From the NCBI GenBank assembly GCA_963826115.1, contig CAWGVS010000004.1:1-64000 (forward strand): 64,000 bases of DNA, in the 5' to 3' direction. A model generated the notes under the pieces. It was not told where the DNA came from, ran no database searches, and saw only the letters and a list, made by a program, of their open reading frames with translations. Positions 60,951 to 64,000 of the stretch are shown in pieces. A program made the translations under genes and the position numbers. This stretch comes from an uncultured Candidatus Rokubacteria bacterium (lineage in GTDB: Bacteria; Methylomirabilota; Methylomirabilia; Rokubacteriales; DASRDR01). Each line of letters starts with the position of its first letter. The first letter of the stretch is position 1.

Positions 60951-62123
60951 ATGTCGGCCCCCACGATCTTCACGCCCGCGTTCCTGACCGCCGCGGGCGC
61001 GAACTTCCTCTTCTTCACCGGGCTGGCGGGGTTCGTCCTCCTGCCGCTCCACCTCCGGCACCTCGGCGCGAGCGATGGCCAGCTGGGCCTGATCATGGCG
61101 TGTTACAGCGGGACGGCGATCGTCACCCAGCCGGTGGTGGGCGCCTGGGTCGACCGGGGCGGGCACCGCGCGTTCCTCGTGACCGGCGCCGTGCTCACCT
61201 CGGGCGTCGCGCTCCTGTTCGCGGCCGCGCCGGACGCGCTCGCGCTCTTCCCCGTGCTGCGCGCGCTCCAGGGCGTGGCCTTCTCGGTCTTCTTCATCGC
61301 GAACTTCACGGTCGTGGTCGACCTGGTGCCCCCCGACCGCCGGAGCGAAGCGCTCGGGATCTTCGGCATCTCCGGGCTGGTCTCGGGCGCGGTGGGCCCG
61401 GCCCTCGGCGAGCTGCTGGTGGGCGCCGTGGGCTTCCGCGGCCTGTTCCTCGCCGCCGCGGCCCTCCCGCTCCTGGCCGCCGCGATCTCCGCGCGGCTCC
61501 GGCTCCCGCCGGCGCCGCCGGCCACGCACCCGCGCGAGGGGCTCCCGGGTCTCCTGCGGGGCGTCGTGACGGCGCCCCGGCTGCCGATGGCCCTCGGCGC
61601 GGCCTTCGGGCTCGGTCAGGGCGTCATGTTCACGTTCTTCCCGACCTACGCGCTGGATCTCGGCGTGCGCTGGGTCGGGCTCTTCGCGATCGCGTACTCG
61701 GGCGCGGCGCTCACCGTGCGGGTGACGGCGAGCGGTCTGGCGGACACGCTCGGGCGCCGGGCGGTCATCATTCCCGCGATGGCGCTCCAGGCCGCGGCCA
61801 CCGGGCTCCTCGCGAGCATCGGGTGGCTCGCGCATGGGCTCGGTCTGCCGGCGGGTCCGCCCCTCGCGGTCGCCGGCTTCCTCGCCGGCGCGGCGCACGG
61901 GCTGCTCTATCCGGCGCTCACCGCGCTGGTGGTGGACCTGACGCCGCCCGTGCGGCGCGGCCGGATGGTCGGGGTCTTCATGGCCTTCATCCTGCTCGGC
62001 CAGGCCGGGGGCGCCGCGGGATTCGGCCAGCTCGCGCACGCGGTGGGCTACCCCGTGATGTACGTGATCCTCGGCGTGGTGCTCGCGGGCGCCACCGTCC
62101 TGGCGGTCCGGCTCGAACGCTGA
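60951..62123 (+). CDS. MFS transporter
   Basis: About 12 TM segments, GAWVDRGG and GLADTLGRR motifs. Confidence 0.88.
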   Translation: MSAPTIFTPAFLTAAGANFLFFTGLAGFVLLPLHLRHLGASDGQLGLIMACYSGTAIVTQPVVGAWVDRGGHRAFLVTGAVLTSGVALLFAAAPDALALFPVLRALQGVAFSVFFIANFTVVVDLVPPDRRSEALGIFGISGLVSGAVGPALGELLVGAVGFRGLFLAAAALPLLAAAISARLRLPPAPPATHPREGLPGLLRGVVTAPRLPMALGAAFGLGQGVMFTFFPTYALDLGVRWVGLFAIAYSGAALTVRVTASGLADTLGRRAVIIPAMALQAAATGLLASIGWLAHGLGLPAGPPLAVAGFLAGAAHGLLYPALTALVVDLTPPVRRGRMVGVFMAFILLGQAGGAAGFGQLAHAVGYPVMYVILGVVLAGATVLAVRLER

Positions 62124-62184
62124 GCGCCGAGGGGGGTATACTTCGGCACGGCGCCGAGGGGCGCCGGGCAAGGAGGGCGGGGCC

Positions 62185-62706
62185 ATGCGGAGAGCGCGGA
62201 CGCTGGCCATGGTGACGCTGGTGGGGCTCGGGAGCCTGGGCGCGACGGAGCCACCGAAGGCGAGCGGCCCGGGCGCGGGCCCGCAGGAAGCCGAGGTGAC
62301 CGCGGTCGTGGTCGATCCCGGCACGCGGCAGCCCCTCGTGCTCCTCCAGGGCAAGCGCGACCGGCGGCCGCTGGCCCTCGCCATCGGCCCCTTCGAGGCC
62401 AACGGCATCGCGATCGCCCTCCAGCGCGTCACGCCCCCGCGCCCGCTCACGCACGACCTGTTCCTGAACGTCCTGGGCGACCTCCGCGCGTCCCTGAAGC
62501 GCATCGTGGTGACGGATCTCCGGGACGACGTCTTCTACGCGCAGCTCCACCTGGAGGCGGCGGGGGCGCAGCTGACGATCGATGCGCGGCCGTCGGACGC
62601 CATCGCGCTCGCGCTCCGCGCGCGCGTGCCCATCCTCGTCGAGGACCGGGTCTTCGACAAGGCGAGCCGACCCCTGCCCAAGGGCGGGGACGCGCCGACC
62701 CTCTGA
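62185..62706 (+). CDS. Bifunctional nuclease / DUF151 family protein
   Basis: IGPFEANGI, PRPLTHDL, FYAQL, DARPSDAIALA. Confidence 0.9.
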   Translation: MRRARTLAMVTLVGLGSLGATEPPKASGPGAGPQEAEVTAVVVDPGTRQPLVLLQGKRDRRPLALAIGPFEANGIAIALQRVTPPRPLTHDLFLNVLGDLRASLKRIVVTDLRDDVFYAQLHLEAAGAQLTIDARPSDAIALALRARVPILVEDRVFDKASRPLPKGGDAPTL

Positions 62707-62711
62707 CCCTC

Positions 62712-63668
62712 GTGCGCGACGGGTCCGGATCGAGCCGCGCGCTACCCGACGTCGAGTGGGCCGTCCAGCGCCGCCTGGACGACCTCATCGGCAAGCTCGA
62801 GCCCAAGTTCGGGGACCTCAAGGGCCGCGTCGAGGTCATCCCGCGGCCGAGCGTGACGTTCGCGATGATCGGCGGCGCCGAGGCCGCGAAGGCGGCGATC
62901 AGCGGCCTGTCCCACGCGCTCCGCACGCCCGAGCTCTACCGCCGCTGGGGCATCACGCCGCCGCGGGGCGGCCTCCTCTACGGCCCGCCCGGGAACGGCA
63001 AGACGCTCCTCGCGAAGGCCCTGGCGACCTTGTCCGAGGCGCTCTTCTACCACCTCCGGCTCGCGACCCTCACCTCGAAGGTCGGCCTGGCGGCGTCCGA
63101 GGTGATCAAGGAGGTCTTCCAGCTCGCGGGCTCCGAAGGCAAGGGCGTCCTCTACTTCGAGGACGCCGAGGCCCTCTCGTTCGAGCACCTCCTGCCTCCC
63201 GAGCGCGCCCGGGAGGCGGCGGCGCCGCTCCTGGTCGGCATCGGCGAGCTGCTCGACGGCCTCCGCGCCTTCCCGTCGCTCCTCGTGGTCGCGTCCACGA
63301 GCCGGCCGGACGGGATCGGCTCCATCCTGATCGCCCCCGGGCGGCTCGACCACCTGATCGAGGTGCCGCTGCCCGACGGCCCCGCCTTGCGCCAGATCGT
63401 CGAGATCCAGCGGAAGCGCGCCGAGGCGCTGGCCGAGCGGCCGCTGTTCGAGGCGATCGACGCCGAGGCGCTCGTGCCGCGGCTCGCCGGGATGAGCGGC
63501 GGCGAGGTCGCCGAGGTGATCCACCGCGCGCTCGAGGAGAAGGTCCACCAGTCGGGTACGGGGTCGGAGGCCGGTCTCGTCCGGACCGAGGACCTCCTCA
63601 CCGCCGTGGACGAGTCGCGCCGCGTGCGCGACGTCGTCGTCAAGATCCGCTACGGCCAGTACCTCTGA
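62712..63668 (+). CDS. AAA+ ATPase-like protein (proteasome/Cdc48-type module, degenerate motifs)
   Basis: FAMIGG, PELYRRWGITPPRGGLLYGPPGNGKT, PGRLD. Confidence 0.85.
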   Translation: MRDGSGSSRALPDVEWAVQRRLDDLIGKLEPKFGDLKGRVEVIPRPSVTFAMIGGAEAAKAAISGLSHALRTPELYRRWGITPPRGGLLYGPPGNGKTLLAKALATLSEALFYHLRLATLTSKVGLAASEVIKEVFQLAGSEGKGVLYFEDAEALSFEHLLPPERAREAAAPLLVGIGELLDGLRAFPSLLVVASTSRPDGIGSILIAPGRLDHLIEVPLPDGPALRQIVEIQRKRAEALAERPLFEAIDAEALVPRLAGMSGGEVAEVIHRALEEKVHQSGTGSEAGLVRTEDLLTAVDESRRVRDVVVKIRYGQYL

Positions 63669-63721
63669 TGCCGGCACGCCGGATGCCGGCCCCAGCGCGC
63701 CCCTAGGAGCGCCGACCACGG

Positions 63722-64000
63722 GTGTGGAGCGACACGACGATCCGGGTGCGGTATGCCGAGACCGACACGATGGGCGTCGTCTACTACGGCCACTACCTGA
63801 CCTACTTCGAGGTGGGGCGCGTCGAGTTCCTGCGCCAGCACGGCTACGCCATGTCGACGGTGGACCGGCAGGTGCGGATGCCGGTCGTGGAGGCATCGGT
63901 GCGCTACCTCCGGCCCGCGCGGCTCGACGACCTGCTCCGGGTGCGATGCTGGGTCAGCGAGCGGAAGCGCGCATCCTTCGTCTTCCGGTACGACATCCGG
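63722..64000 (+). CDS. YbgC/FadM-type acyl-CoA thioesterase (runs off window)
   Basis: RVRYAETDTMGVVYYGHYLTYFEVGR, PARLDD. Confidence 0.88.
   Translation, partial: MWSDTTIRVRYAETDTMGVVYYGHYLTYFEVGRVEFLRQHGYAMSTVDRQVRMPVVEASVRYLRPARLDDLLRVRCWVSERKRASFVFRYDIR

Noticed and set aside
1-64000. CRISPR array, cas genes, rRNA, integrase or reverse transcriptase
   Set aside because: No repeat-spacer periodicity or such motifs seen; the 84-bp and GAF repeats are coding

Overview
Very GC-rich bacterial DNA. The gene style (ABC_sub_bind protein, multi-GAF sensor N-terminus, DRR/ERR-rich domain) suggests Rokubacteria/Methylomirabilota, which is an inference. Bases 1-7.7 kb are the right end of accessory DNA. 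They hold a complete IS1182-type element starting at base 1, a frameshifted stand-alone LanC-like gene, a broken multi-GAF gene joined tail-to-tail to a truncated DUF6603-like gene, and a nitroreductase with an in-frame TGA. They also hold two different tRNA 3'-end remnants (fMet-type at 6538-6558, Asp-GTC at 7630-7677) that look like integration scars. Bases 7.7-53 kb are mostly metabolic and transport genes: purC, dapL, a hemE-nbaC-hemY operon, Liv and Dpp-type ABC systems, an LLM/CMD catabolic block, a racemase/PhyH/aminotransferase block, gntK-tkt, DegP and a hybrid kinase. Two GGGGTCAGG...CCTGACCCC REP-like hairpins lie in this stretch. Bases 52.7-60.3 kb are the most unusual part: a CusF-like/TM/Arg-rich fusion, a Fic protein, a 28-aa-periodic coiled coil, an 834-aa helical-repeat protein with a C-terminal NYN (PIN-like) RNase domain, and two small Zn-ribbon proteins. 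This block is the best candidate for an undescribed system. All family calls come from motif recognition by eye; no searches were run.
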